A program made the position numbers and the translations under genes. A DNA stretch of 37,463 nucleotides. Source: an uncultured Porphyromonadaceae bacterium (GTDB lineage Bacteria; Bacteroidota; Bacteroidia; Bacteroidales; Muribaculaceae). The notes under the pieces are model-generated. The model was given only the letters and a program-made list of their open reading frames with translations, was not told the DNA's origin and did not search any database. The stretch's first letter is position 1. Every line of letters begins with the position of its first letter. Of the stretch, positions 36,531 through 37,463 are shown piece after piece. The DNA lies in NCBI GenBank assembly GCA_947177015.1, contig CAMWSV010000001.1:1-37463 (forward strand), read 5' to 3'.

Positions 36531-36905
36531 TTAATATATTATCTTTGCTTCTCCGGTCCAGGATTCCCCCTGCAGGGAGATGACATGCATGTCGGAGGTC
36601 TGAGGCAATGTCAGTGTACAGTTGAGCCGGGGCGAGGTAGCTTCGAGTCCTCCCGTAATATCATACACGTACACGTACCCTTCGAGATCTTCGGGCGCAG
36701 CTACGGAGAGCACCCCGGTGGCATTGTCAAAAGAGGTTTCGATCGGAAGATGCAACGGAGCATTACCGAAACCACCTGATCCCACACTTCCTGGTAAAGG
36801 TCTTTTCTTAAACCCGATGACTACAAGAGTGTCGTCCGCTTGCACTTCACTTACTCCTGTTGTAAAAGCAAGCATACATAAGATGAATTTCAGAATTGTC
36901 TTCAT
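36531..36905 (-). CDS. Small secreted beta-rich protein, DUF3244-like
   Basis: Sec signal peptide ending VQA, Gly/Pro linker (GSGGFGNAPLHLPI), then beta-strand pattern with VYVYDITG; 11 bp upstream of the rSAM gene. Family assignment is by resemblance only. Confidence 0.65.
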   Translation of the reverse strand: MKTILKFILCMLAFTTGVSEVQADDTLVVIGFKKRPLPGSVGSGGFGNAPLHLPIETSFDNATGVLSVAAPEDLEGYVYVYDITGGLEATSPRLNCTLTLPQTSDMHVISLQGESWTGEAKIIY

Positions 36906-37009
36906 ACGATTAGTTAAATTATGGATTTGGAAAAAATGGATATTACTTAGTTTAAATATTCATGCTTGGGATATCATCGGTGACCATTAAAGGCATAAAT
37001 TTACGGTGG

Positions 37010-37041
37010 CAAAGTTACACGTTTTCAACGGTCTATGCAAG
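37010..37041 (-). promoter_or_regulatory. Sigma-A promoter of the RiPP operon
   Basis: Minus strand: CTTG-20 nt-TAACTTTG, about 105 bp upstream of the first ATG. Confidence 0.65.
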
Positions 37042-37463
37042 GAAAATAAAATTAAAAAAGTTCGAAAATGGAATTTTATTTTATTGATTATAAGCGTGTT
37101 ACAAAACCACTAAAATGCAAAAGTTCGTGTATTCAGAAAAAAGTTTGTATAAAAACGTGGGAAATGGCGTAATTTTAGCCTTTTTATGAATCAAAACTTA
37201 TATCGGATTTATATTAGAAATTTATAATTCTCTATCAATTAACGAATTATAAAATTTAAAACTTGTATTGGACTTATTTTAGAGATAACCATGATGAAAA
37301 TCGATTGTTTATCACCCGAGAGGAGGTTGAAGTAACGTCAACTACTGCGCGGCGGAAGCATAAGTCGAAATAGGGGCAGAAAGAGCCCCCCGGGCAGTTT
37401 ATTAAACCCCCCCCAAAAAAGACGCCGCGGCCCCCCCCCCCCCCCACACACCCCCCCCCCCCC

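Noticed and set aside
37360-37463. C-runs and A-runs at the 3' end (possible G-quadruplex or phase-variable tract)
   Set aside because: Homopolymer-rich degradation at the very end is typical of low-quality read or contig ends; no usable context.
29500-37463. Calling the RiPP region a mobile element
   Set aside because: No integrase, transposase, tRNA or flanking direct repeats in the window; accessory status is inferred only.

Overview
Bacteroidales chromosomal segment (gene content, TAnnTTTG promoter boxes and AT-rich, Shine-Dalgarno-less start regions point to Bacteroidota; Muribaculaceae-like is my inference). Positions 1-29.5 kb are mostly housekeeping: FucP-type MFS sugar transporter, DUF4494-yggS, DUF4492-cydAB, two short chromate transporters, folC, HU, a 29-aa bS22-like ribosomal protein missed by the ORF track, Rne/Rng, YigZ, DJ-1, rmuC, patatin, DUF349, cyclophilin, a cytidylate-kinase-like protein, DUF308, RNase P RNA, YihY/BrkB, and a glycogen debranching/GT4/GH57 operon. 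The most interesting part is a minus-strand accessory operon at 29.9-36.9 kb that looks like a complete RiPP system. It encodes a small secreted DUF3244-like protein, a radical SAM/SPASM maturase, an 82-aa double-glycine precursor whose core is a Cys-rich TG(N/D)xC pentapeptide array (9 Cys), a TonB-dependent-like outer-membrane barrel and a C39 peptidase ABC exporter, with no HlyD, TolC or immunity gene in the cluster. Two unexplained structured non-coding elements (2.79-2.89 kb and 29.7-29.85 kb) and a GH57 that appears to lack its catalytic acid also deserve follow-up. The last ~100 bases look like a low-quality contig end.
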